The notes below the pieces were generated by a model. It did not search any database. It had not been told where the DNA came from and saw nothing but the letters and a program-made list of their open reading frames with translations. Below are positions 1 through 8,248 of a DNA stretch of 27,573 bases, piece by piece. The translations under genes and the position numbers were made by a program. Positions within the stretch are counted from its first letter, which is position 1. Each line of letters opens with the position of its first letter. The stretch spans positions 73,117 to 100,689 of the IMG/VR virus record IMGVR_UViG_3300035683_000002, one strand, 5' to 3'. Origin of the DNA: a virus.

Positions 1-93
1 GAGACCGTGCAGTGCCGCTGCACTCTGAAATTCCGGCTGGTCCCGAAGCCGGGCGCGAACCCCATCCGGCGGCTCACCGCCGAGGCCGTCTGA
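1..93 (+). CDS. C-terminal fragment of a phage minor head / head morphogenesis protein (MuF, SPP1 gp7 family); 5'-truncated by the window
   Basis: Frame 1 reads ETVQCRCTLKFRLVPKPGANPIRRLTAEAV* (TGA 91-93). The E-x-x-x-CRC motif is typical of the MuF/gp7 domain end, and the position upstream of the prohead protease fits. Only 30 aa are visible. Confidence 0.65.
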   Translation, partial: ETVQCRCTLKFRLVPKPGANPIRRLTAEAV

Positions 94-103
94 GGAGACC
101 ACC

Positions 104-1324
104 ATGGCGAAGGGCAACTGGCGGGCGCGCCTTCCGCGCGTGCTGCAGGCGATGAGCGTCACCAGCGGCGCGCAGAAGGCGGGCATGATGGCCCGCGAGT
201 TCATGCCGGGCGACAGCGCGGCGAAGCTCGCCGCCCGGGCCGCCAGCACGGCGCGGGCCATCGGGAACGCGGCGACCGGGGCCTATGTCCGCGGCGCCGA
301 TCGCGCGGCGATGCGCGGCGCCCGGAAGACCGGCGGCCAGGCGCGGGAGGGGGCCAAGGCGGCCGTCGCCGGCGCCGAGCGCGAGGCGCGGGACTTCGGG
401 AACAAGATGTTCGGCGTCGACAAGGCGCGGCCCTGGTCCGACAGCCGTCGCCTCTCGAACGTCCAGGGCGGCGTGGACGAGACCCGGGCCGCCGGGGCGG
501 GGATCGTGCGCGGCGCGACCCGGGCCGGCGTGAGGATCGGCGCCGAGCGCGGCGCGGCCGGCTACCACTTCCGCAACGGCGCGGTCGCCGGCGGCGCGGC
601 GGGCGCGGCAGCCGGCTTCGCGGCGGGCCGCAGCGGCCGCGACGAGGAGGTCCGGAAGGGCGTCGGCGCCGGCGAGCTCGGCGAGGAGCCGATGGAGCTG
701 ATGAAGGCCTGGGGCGTGCTGGCGCGCCTCGGCGGCCGCGTGGCCTCCCGCATGGGGGTGGGCCGCGGGGCGGGCATGACGGCGATGCGCGGGGCCTACC
801 GGGGCGCCGCCAACGGCGTCCGGCGCCAGGCGCCCGACAGCGCCAGGGTCGCCGCCGACGACGCCTACCGGGCCGCCCGGAACCCGGTGCTCCCGGTCGG
901 GCCCGGCACCGGCCGCCCCGTCCGCAGCCCGATGATGCGCATGACCGACGAGCGCGGCCAGCGCCTCGAGCGCGTGCCCGGCGCCGGCAACGGGGTCGAC
1001 GCCCGCGCCGCCGGCGACCGCGCCCGCGCGGCCTACATGGCCGGCGTGCCGGGCCAGGCCCGCACCCAGGGGCGCATCGCCGCCCGCTCGGCCGCCCAGG
1101 GCTTCAACGCCGGGGTCCGGCGGAAGGGTGGGATGCTCGCCGCCGGCGCAGGAGCTGCTGCAGCCGGTGGCGGTGCAGCAGCCTTCGCAGCGCCGCGCCG
1201 CCGCGAGGAGCCCGGCATGCGGAAGGCTGTCGCGCTCGCAGACATGCCGCTCGCCAAGCGCGCCCGGCTCGCGCAGGCGATCGAAGACGGAGACGCCGCA
1301 GCCATCGCGGCTCTGCTCGGGTGA
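104..1324 (+). CDS. Ala/Gly/Arg-rich head-region protein (406 aa) with two Gly-zipper modules; putative processed virion cargo
   Basis: RBS GGAG at 94-97, ATG 104. Hydrophobic GxxxG segments GAVAGGAAGAAAGFAAG and GGMLAAGAGAAAAGGGAAAFAA are each followed by R-rich/EE residues and a lysine motif (VRK, MRK). Function is inferred. Confidence 0.75.
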   Translation: MAKGNWRARLPRVLQAMSVTSGAQKAGMMAREFMPGDSAAKLAARAASTARAIGNAATGAYVRGADRAAMRGARKTGGQAREGAKAAVAGAEREARDFGNKMFGVDKARPWSDSRRLSNVQGGVDETRAAGAGIVRGATRAGVRIGAERGAAGYHFRNGAVAGGAAGAAAGFAAGRSGRDEEVRKGVGAGELGEEPMELMKAWGVLARLGGRVASRMGVGRGAGMTAMRGAYRGAANGVRRQAPDSARVAADDAYRAARNPVLPVGPGTGRPVRSPMMRMTDERGQRLERVPGAGNGVDARAAGDRARAAYMAGVPGQARTQGRIAARSAAQGFNAGVRRKGGMLAAGAGAAAAGGGAAAFAAPRRREEPGMRKAVALADMPLAKRARLAQAIEDGDAAAIAALLG

Positions 1325-1617
1325 TCGAGCTCGCGCTGGTGGTGCTGCTCTGCGGCGCCACCGACGAGATGCTCCTCGAGGCGCGCCGGATGGGCGCGCC
1401 CCACGGCCTCCGGCTCGGCGAGACCTTCACCTCCGAGGCTGGGAACGCTGTCACCTTCGAGCGCCGGCCGGCGTCCCTCTGGCCGGCCTGCCTCACGGCG
1501 ACCGTCCCGGTCCACCAGGTGGGATCACCTCGAACGGCGGGTGCTTCCCCACCGGCTCCGCCGGCCACGCGGGGAAGCGGAAGAACCCCTCCAGCATCGA
1601 CATCGCCAGCACGGTGA
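1321..1617 (+). CDS. Small hypothetical protein with hydrophobic N-terminus (98 aa)
   Basis: GTG start overlaps the upstream TGA (GTGA coupling); N-terminus MIELALVVLLC. The 3' 125 bp overlap the convergent minus-strand gene, so the C-terminal part is doubtful. Confidence 0.4.
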   Translation: MIELALVVLLCGATDEMLLEARRMGAPHGLRLGETFTSEAGNAVTFERRPASLWPACLTATVPVHQVGSPRTAGASPPAPPATRGSGRTPPASTSPAR

Positions 1618-2200
1618 GCAGCATCGCGTAGCGGTCCCGGTCGAGCGCCTGCAGGTCCTCCACCGTCGGCGACTTGGCGCCGAACAGCCCGTCGGTGATC
1701 TCGTTCAGCCGCTCCAGCGCCCGCTCATCCGACGGGTATCGCAGGTGAGGGCGCTCCGCGGTGGTCGCCTCCATGAAGGTCAGGACGCTTTCCGGGATCG
1801 GGATGTCGATCCCGAAGTAGTCGAAGCTGCGGTTCAGCGGCTCGGCCTCGCGCATGACGACTTCATGCATGGCGAGCATGTTCGCCAGGAGCGTCGGCAC
1901 CGCCGCCTCCGCCTCCTGCCGCGTCGGCCAGGGTGAACGCACGGGTGTGCCGAAGCAGTCGGCGACGCCGGCGGGCACGCTCTTCAGCTTCACGTCGCAC
2001 AGCCAGCCGCCGAGCTCCCCGCGATTGATCTCCACGAAGGCGAAGTTCTCCTCGGCGAAGTAGCGCGCCTGCGTTCGCGCGGTCTCGGTGAAGAACTCCG
2101 GATCGCCGGGCCGCATGCGCGCCAGCTCCCGCGCCTTCGGCAGCGAGCGCCGCAGCAGCGCCTCCGCCATCCGCCGGTCAATGCGCGCCTGGCTCGCCAT
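1493..2200 (-). CDS. Hypothetical protein (235 aa), antisense moron-like insertion in the head module
   Basis: Globular amino-acid composition (many F/E/L/W), unlike the shadow ORFs. Minus-strand GGAG lies 7 nt before the ATG, and no credible + strand ORF covers 1620-2250. Confidence 0.8.
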   Translation of the reverse strand: MASQARIDRRMAEALLRRSLPKARELARMRPGDPEFFTETARTQARYFAEENFAFVEINRGELGGWLCDVKLKSVPAGVADCFGTPVRSPWPTRQEAEAAVPTLLANMLAMHEVVMREAEPLNRSFDYFGIDIPIPESVLTFMEATTAERPHLRYPSDERALERLNEITDGLFGAKSPTVEDLQALDRDRYAMLLTVLAMSMLEGFFRFPAWPAEPVGKHPPFEVIPPGGPGRSP

Positions 2201-2258
2201 CCACCGCTCCCTTCCAGCGCGTCATGCGCCGCCTGCCCCCATGCCCCGGAGGCTCCCC

Positions 2259-3440
2259 ATGCAGTTCTTCATCCCGCTCGCCAAGATCGACGAGGAGAAG
2301 CGCCTCGTGATCGGCCGCGCCGTCCAGGAGACGGTCGACCGCGCCAACGAGATCCTCGACTACGCCTCCTCCAAGGCGAACTTCGAGACCTGGTCGAAGA
2401 CCATCGAGGAGGCCTCGGGCGGCCTATCGAAGGGCAACCTGCGGTCCATGCACAACCCCCGCTCCGCGAGCGGGAAGATCGTCGACATCGCTTTCGACGA
2501 CGACGCCCGGGCGATCGACATCGTCGCCAAGGTCGTTGACGACCAGGACTGGAAGAAGGTCGTCGAGGGGGTCTTCACCGGGTTCTCGGTGGGCGGCGGC
2601 TACGGGAGGAAGTGGAAGGACCCGGAGACGGGCGCCACCCGCTACACCGCCAAGCCCTCCGAGATCTCCCTCGTCGACCTGCCCTGCATCCACACCGCGC
2701 GGATCGCGGAGTTGCACAAGGCCGACGGCACCCTCTGCAAGGTCTACCTGAGGGGCCGCCCCCGGACCTTCGCCGAGCTCGCGGAGCTGGAGAAGGCGGC
2801 GCCGCCCGCGCGGCCGCGCACCTTCGCCGAGCTCGCCAAGGGCTGGAACGCCTCCGACCACCCGCGCGAGCACGACGGGAAGTTCGCGAAGAAGACCGGC
2901 GAGAACACCGGCATCGGCGTCGGAGCGGTGCTCGGCGGCGCGGCCGGCGCCGCGGCGGGGATGAGGTGGGGCCCGAGCCTCGGCGAGCGGGCCGGCGAGC
3001 GCCTCGCCGGCGGCGGGGCCAAGGGCATCGTCGGCGGGCTGCAGGGCCGGATGGCCGGTGGGAAGTATGGGCCGGCCGTCCTCGGCGTGGCCGGCCTCGT
3101 CGGCGGCGCGCTGGCGGGCGGTTTCCTCGGGGAGGCGGTTGATCGGCGCGGGCGGAATCGCCGGGCTGACGCCGCCTACCAGGCCAAAGCGCAGTCCGGG
3201 CGGATCACCCCGGAGGAGGCGGCCGAGGCCTCGGGCCTCTACCGCCGCAGCAAGGGCTACGGCCTCGAGCAGCAGCGCGCGAAGGAAGCCGATCGGCCGC
3301 TGGGCATCCGCAGCAAGGCCCAGATGGAAGAGTTCGAGGCCGAGTGGAAGCGCCGCGAGGGGCAGTCCCGCATCGTGGAGGTCGACGGCGAGCGACGTGA
3401 GCGCCGCGGCCCACTTGAGCGCCGCGCGGAGAGCCGCTGA
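2259..3440 (+). CDS. Prohead maturation serine protease (HK97/XkdF-like S78 fold) fused to a C-terminal Gly-zipper extension (393 aa)
   Basis: Start MQFFIPLAK at 2259 with GGAGG at 2248-2252. Catalytic-type motifs GNLRSMH (His), FTGFSVGG (Ser) and EISLVDLP. The protease domain ends near LHKADG and is followed by about 235 extra aa. Confidence 0.88.
   Translation: MQFFIPLAKIDEEKRLVIGRAVQETVDRANEILDYASSKANFETWSKTIEEASGGLSKGNLRSMHNPRSASGKIVDIAFDDDARAIDIVAKVVDDQDWKKVVEGVFTGFSVGGGYGRKWKDPETGATRYTAKPSEISLVDLPCIHTARIAELHKADGTLCKVYLRGRPRTFAELAELEKAAPPARPRTFAELAKGWNASDHPREHDGKFAKKTGENTGIGVGAVLGGAAGAAAGMRWGPSLGERAGERLAGGGAKGIVGGLQGRMAGGKYGPAVLGVAGLVGGALAGGFLGEAVDRRGRNRRADAAYQAKAQSGRITPEEAAEASGLYRRSKGYGLEQQRAKEADRPLGIRSKAQMEEFEAEWKRREGQSRIVEVDGERRERRGPLERRAESR
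2766..2836 (+). repeat. 17-bp direct repeat ACCTTCGCCGAGCTCGC (2766-2782, 2820-2836) within a duplicated RPRTFAELA peptide
   Basis: Seen directly; protein reads RPRTFAELAELEK ... RPRTFAELAK. Confidence 0.85.
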
Positions 3441-6400
3441 TGTCCCGCCCGGTGTTCGACGCCGAGACCATCGGCGAGCTGCGCCAGCGCGTCATGGCGC
3501 ACAACGAGGCCGGCCATGCCCGCACCGGGCTGACCGACCTCAAAAAGATCTTCGCACGGGGCTGGGCAGGCGATGCGCCGAAGACCCGTGCCCTCGGCCA
3601 GGTGGACCGCCACCTGGCGCGCCTAGCGAAGAACACGGGCGATTTCGACGAGACGAAGCACCGCCGCGACGGCGACGGGAAGTTCGCCCCACAGGGCCGC
3701 GCGGCCGCCTTCAGCGACGTGCGCTCCCGCCAGGCCGACCGCCAGCTGCGCGACGAGAACAGCGGCTATGCCGCGTCGCAGACGGGCGTCATCCCCGAGA
3801 CCCGCTTCAGCCAGTTCGGCCCGCTGGCCGGTGCGGTCGCCGGCGTCGCCGCCGGCGCGCTGCGCGGTGCCTTCGACGGCGGCGGCCGGCGCTCCCGCGC
3901 GGTGAACCTCGCGATCGGCCGAGGCGCCGCCCGCGTCGTCGACACCGTCGCCGGTAGAGTCCAAGCGGTCCCCGGCATGGCGGCGGACGCGGCCAATGCC
4001 GGTCTCGCGGCCGCGGCGCGCGGCGTGGCCCGGCGGGCCGGCGAGGCCGATCCGCGCGGCTTCGGGCCGGCGGTCAAGGCCCGGGCGGAGCGCTTCGCGG
4101 CCCGCGCCGAGGCCCGGATCCCGGATGAGGTGGGCAAGGGGCAGCGCACGAAGGCGCGCCGCGCGACCGCCCGCGAGAACCTCGGCCTCGTCACCGGCGA
4201 GGCGCTCGACCTGGCCGACCGCGCCGTCATGGCGGCGCCGCGCTTCGTGTCGCGGCACCTGACGGCGAAAGCCAAGCGCATGGACGCCGCCCTCGCCGCG
4301 CGGGGCGCCTCCGACGCCACCCGCCGCGCGGTGCGCGCGGGCCTCGCGATCAAGCGCCCGCTCGCCGCCGGCGCCGTCGGCGCCGTCGTGCCGGGCGCCC
4401 TCTACGGCATCACGAACATGGAGACGATGACAGTGGCCGGTCCCTACCTGGACGCGCTCCTCCCCCGCCGCGTCGAGAAGGGGACCCGCGCCGAGCTCCT
4501 GACGAAGGTCGCGGCGACGCCGGCGAGCCGCGAGGCGCTGGCGAAGATCTCGATGGCGGGCGTGAGGAGCGCGGCGCTCGCGGTCGGGGGCGCGGTGGCG
4601 CGGATGCCGCGCATGGCGATCGCGAGGATGCCGACGCTGCGGGCGCCGAAGCCGCCCGAGCCGAAGCTCTCGTCTAACCAGGCGCGAGGCCGCGAGCGCG
4701 CGGCGACGATGATGGCGCGCAACCCGAACATCGTCCGCGGTGCGGGCAAGGCCGGGCTGATCGGCGCCGCCGCGGCAGGTGCCGGGGGCCTCGGCGCGGC
4801 GGCGGGCTACGGCGCGCGCGAGTACTACCGCGACGAGAACGGCCAGTTCACCTCGAAGGAGCGCGCGGTCCAGCCGGGGATGCGCGGCGCCCTGCAGAGC
4901 GTGGGCGACTTCATCGCGGACAACCCGGTGGGGGTCGGCGCGGCCGCCGGCCTCGTCGCCGGCGCGCTCGGCGCTCGCTCGGCCATCGCCCGCGGCAATC
5001 GCCGCGTCATCCGCGAGATGGCCGACGGCGTGGCGGAGGGCATGACCCGCCGCCTCGCGGTGGTCGGCCGCTTCGCGAAGGCGGCCGAGGAGGCGAAGAG
5101 CAAGGGGGCGTTCGACAAGGTCAACGCCCGGGTGGAGCGGGCCGGCGACGCCATGCGGGCCGCGCGCGACGCCGGCCCCGAGCGCTGGAACGAGTGGAAC
5201 GTCGACAGCGCGCTGCAGACGCGGGTGCGCGGGATGATCCGCTCGGACGCCTTCTGGAAGGCCGAGCCGGTGAAGGCCAACAAGAGGAAGGCGATGGACG
5301 CGCTGCGCGAGAGCGGCGACATCGATCAGCTGAAGCCGCTGGTGAGCGAGGCCGGCTGGACCCGGATCGAGGCGCTGCGCGGCCAGGCGACGAAGCAGAA
5401 GGCGGCCTACAACGCCACCGTCGCGGGCTTCCGCCAGAAGGCGGCCGACGCGATTGAGGACCACAGGGGCAAGTCCAGCCGCGCGGACGACGCGGCCGAT
5501 GCCGCCGAGGCGATCGAGAAGCGGCTCGCGGAGCTGCGCGAGGCCCCCGCGCCGACCACCGCGGCGAAGAAGATCAAGCTCGTCGACACCGAGACCGCGC
5601 TGAAGGCCGAGCTGAAGACGGCCGAGGCGGCCCGCAAGGCGGCCAACGAGACGCGCGACGAGGCGGCCAAGCTCGCCGACGCCTACAAGCAGGTGCTCGC
5701 GAATCCCGGCAAGCAGGTCGACGGCATCAGCTTCCCGGCCGGCGCCGATCCCTGGAACGTCAAGGCGACGCTGCGGCCGCTGCCGTCGAACGTCGACATG
5801 ACCGACCTGCTCGACAAGATGAAGAGCGATCTGCTGGGCGACCTGCAGGGAAAGATCGCCGGGCGGGTGAAGGCGCGGCAGGACGAGGCGCGCCTCATCG
5901 CCACGGCGACGATCGGCGCGCTGCGCCAGGCCGGCGCCGAGCCGGACGGCATCGCCACCCGGGCGATCAACACCTTCGCCGCCCGCCTCTCCGGCCCGAT
6001 GGCGGCCGCGCGGCGCGACATCCGCGCCGCCGGTGGCGTGGTGAGCCGGGCGGTGGAGCGGAAGCTCGGCAGCGCGCCGGGCGCGGTGTCGGCCTATGTG
6101 GGCGACGCGACCAAGCGGGCGCGCAACCTCGTCTACGGGCCGAAGCCGGAGCCGGACGCCGCGGGCAAGGTGCAGCCACGCGCGGGCATTCTGCCGAAGA
6201 TGGCGCGCGCCGCGGCGGACAACCCCCGCGCGGCGATCCTGACGGGGATCACCGGTGCAACCGGCTCCGGCCTGGTCACCTGGGACTCTGCTGACGGCTC
6301 GCTCGACCTGCAGCTGAAGAGCCCGGCCGACATCTGGCGGCGCCTCTCCTCGCCGAAGACGCGGCCGGCGCCGATCATCCGGCCCTTCCACCTCGGTGAC

Positions 6401-8248
6401 ACCCGTTTCCAGCACACGATCGAGGGCCTCGTCGTCACCAACGACAAGAACCAGCGCGTGCTGCTGACCGGCAAGCGGGTGTTCGCGGATGGGCGCGAGG
6501 AGGAGATCCCGCCGCTCACGCCGCTGAAGGACGCGCTCGACTTCTCGGCGGGGCTGCGCAACCGCCAGGGCGGCGGCGGCGGTGGCGGCGGGCAGGGGGC
6601 CCAGCTCAGCGTCGGCAACGACCAGGACAAGGGCACCTGGTCGGCGGCGCTGGGCCGGCTGCGGAACGCGGGCAAGCTCGCCTCCTACGGCGAGGGCGAC
6701 TGGATCTTCTCGGCGCGGAACGACGGCCAGCACGACAGCCAGGACATCAGCGACGCGGACAAGCTGCAGAACGCGCTGCACGCGCAGGCCGCGGCGAAGG
6801 CGAAGGGCGGCAGCTTCGGCTCCGGCTTCGGCAATCCGGGCGAGTGGCACGCCCAGCTCGCCTCGATCGTCGCCGCGCCGGAGAGCAGCATCCTGACGCT
6901 GAAGCAGCGCCAGCGCCTGCTGCTCGGCTCGCAGACCCAGGCCGGCCTCTTCTCCGGGCAGCTGCGGGGCGACGTGATGAAGGCGACCAGCGGCGCTGAC
7001 ACCGCCCGGGCCTTCATGTCCGAGGTCGGCACCGAGCGGCGCGTGCCCTTCGTCTTCAACAACGACCAGCTCGCGAACATGAAGCGCGCGGTCTTCGCGG
7101 TGAACGAGACCCTCGGCTCCGCGAAGATGAACGACGCCCAGCTGCAGACGGTCTTCGACCGGCTGGAGCGCCACCGCGGCGGCGGCGGCCAGCCCGGTGG
7201 CGGGCAGCGCCCGGCGGGCGGCGGCGGCGGCCAGCCCGCAGGCTCTGGCACACCCGGCCCGGCGAGCGGCGGCGCTCGGGCGGCAGGCGGACCGCCGCGG
7301 GCCTCCAGGCAGAGCGCCGATCCCGCGCCCCGCGATCGGATGTCCTACCTCGCCGACGCGGTCACCTTCCGCGAGACCGCCTGGCCGATCACCCAACGGG
7401 ACAGCAAGCGCTTCCTCGCCATCCCGGTCGGCGTCGAGGTCGAGTTCAACAAGGAAGAGGAGGCGCTGCGCCAGCAGCACCCGACCTGGGACGACGACGC
7501 GATCTGGACCGCGGCCACGCGGCGCATCAACGACCGCAGCAACAACCTCACCTTCGGCAAGGCGACGCAGGCGGGGCTGCTGCGGAAGTTCGACGAGGCG
7601 CGCCACGCCCGCGCGCCGCGCGGTTCCGACCGGGGCGGGGAGTTCTCCTCCCGCGCGGGCGGTGCGGCGGCGAGTGCCGCGGTGATGGCGCGCGGTGCCG
7701 CGCCGGTGCGGCCGCCGGGGCGGGAGAACGACGAGCGCTCCTTCTTCGAGCCGACGCGCCTCGGCGCCACGGTCGGCGGCGTCGCCGGCGGCAACGCGGG
7801 CTGGATGCTCGCCGAGCGCTTCATGCCGGGCCCGCTCCGGCGGCTCGGCACCACTGGGCGCCTCGCCTCCCGCCTCGGCGGCATGGCCTCCCGGCTCGGC
7901 TACAAGCTCAGCGGGTCCATGGCCGGTGGCCTGGCGGGCGAGACGGTCGGCGACGCCGCCGGGGCCGGTGTCTACCGCGCGGCCGGCCGACGGGCGCCAG
8001 CGCCCTATGAGCCGCCGGAGCGCGGCGCGGGCGAGGAGGTGGCGCGCACCGCCGGCTCCTTCGCCGGCCTGGCCGCCGGCACCGCCCTCGGCCGAGGCCG
8101 CGGCCGCGCGAGCGCCTTCGGCATCGGCGTCGGCACCACCCTCGCCGGCGAGGAGCTCGCCGGTGCAGCCCAACGGATCGCCGAGCGCCACTACGGCGCC
8201 GAGCGAGGGGGGCGCGCCCGCGCCGCCCTGAACGGGGGTCGCCAGTGA
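3440..8248 (+). CDS. Giant modular head-region protein (1602 aa): Gly-zippers, coiled coil, poly-Gly-linked domains; putative capsid-packaged polyprotein
   Basis: ATG overlaps the protease stop (TGATG). Long ORF with GC-rich third codon positions. Contains three R-(x)n-G-x-F motifs, about 8 GxxxG hydrophobic segments, an Ala/Lys/Glu coiled coil (~5380-5700) and Gly linkers (~6570, ~7180-7290). No recognisable enzyme motif. Confidence 0.85.
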   Translation: MSRPVFDAETIGELRQRVMAHNEAGHARTGLTDLKKIFARGWAGDAPKTRALGQVDRHLARLAKNTGDFDETKHRRDGDGKFAPQGRAAAFSDVRSRQADRQLRDENSGYAASQTGVIPETRFSQFGPLAGAVAGVAAGALRGAFDGGGRRSRAVNLAIGRGAARVVDTVAGRVQAVPGMAADAANAGLAAAARGVARRAGEADPRGFGPAVKARAERFAARAEARIPDEVGKGQRTKARRATARENLGLVTGEALDLADRAVMAAPRFVSRHLTAKAKRMDAALAARGASDATRRAVRAGLAIKRPLAAGAVGAVVPGALYGITNMETMTVAGPYLDALLPRRVEKGTRAELLTKVAATPASREALAKISMAGVRSAALAVGGAVARMPRMAIARMPTLRAPKPPEPKLSSNQARGRERAATMMARNPNIVRGAGKAGLIGAAAAGAGGLGAAAGYGAREYYRDENGQFTSKERAVQPGMRGALQSVGDFIADNPVGVGAAAGLVAGALGARSAIARGNRRVIREMADGVAEGMTRRLAVVGRFAKAAEEAKSKGAFDKVNARVERAGDAMRAARDAGPERWNEWNVDSALQTRVRGMIRSDAFWKAEPVKANKRKAMDALRESGDIDQLKPLVSEAGWTRIEALRGQATKQKAAYNATVAGFRQKAADAIEDHRGKSSRADDAADAAEAIEKRLAELREAPAPTTAAKKIKLVDTETALKAELKTAEAARKAANETRDEAAKLADAYKQVLANPGKQVDGISFPAGADPWNVKATLRPLPSNVDMTDLLDKMKSDLLGDLQGKIAGRVKARQDEARLIATATIGALRQAGAEPDGIATRAINTFAARLSGPMAAARRDIRAAGGVVSRAVERKLGSAPGAVSAYVGDATKRARNLVYGPKPEPDAAGKVQPRAGILPKMARAAADNPRAAILTGITGATGSGLVTWDSADGSLDLQLKSPADIWRRLSSPKTRPAPIIRPFHLGDTRFQHTIEGLVVTNDKNQRVLLTGKRVFADGREEEIPPLTPLKDALDFSAGLRNRQGGGGGGGGQGAQLSVGNDQDKGTWSAALGRLRNAGKLASYGEGDWIFSARNDGQHDSQDISDADKLQNALHAQAAAKAKGGSFGSGFGNPGEWHAQLASIVAAPESSILTLKQRQRLLLGSQTQAGLFSGQLRGDVMKATSGADTARAFMSEVGTERRVPFVFNNDQLANMKRAVFAVNETLGSAKMNDAQLQTVFDRLERHRGGGGQPGGGQRPAGGGGGQPAGSGTPGPASGGARAAGGPPRASRQSADPAPRDRMSYLADAVTFRETAWPITQRDSKRFLAIPVGVEVEFNKEEEALRQQHPTWDDDAIWTAATRRINDRSNNLTFGKATQAGLLRKFDEARHARAPRGSDRGGEFSSRAGGAAASAAVMARGAAPVRPPGRENDERSFFEPTRLGATVGGVAGGNAGWMLAERFMPGPLRRLGTTGRLASRLGGMASRLGYKLSGSMAGGLAGETVGDAAGAGVYRAAGRRAPAPYEPPERGAGEEVARTAGSFAGLAAGTALGRGRGRASAFGIGVGTTLAGEELAGAAQRIAERHYGAERGGRARAALNGGRQ

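Noticed and set aside
1321-1360. Lipoprotein signal in the 98-aa ORF
   Set aside because: VLLC is not a canonical lipobox and there is no basic n-region.
2088-2258. Longer N-terminus of the protease given in the ORF track
   Set aside because: It overlaps the minus-strand gene; the strong GGAGG and family-like start are at 2259.
3440-8248. Second tape measure protein or recognisable enzymatic toxin (ADP-ribosyltransferase, nuclease, RNA polymerase)
   Set aside because: It lies in the head module, a true tape measure exists at 16997, and I found no catalytic motif by eye. A remote fold cannot be excluded.
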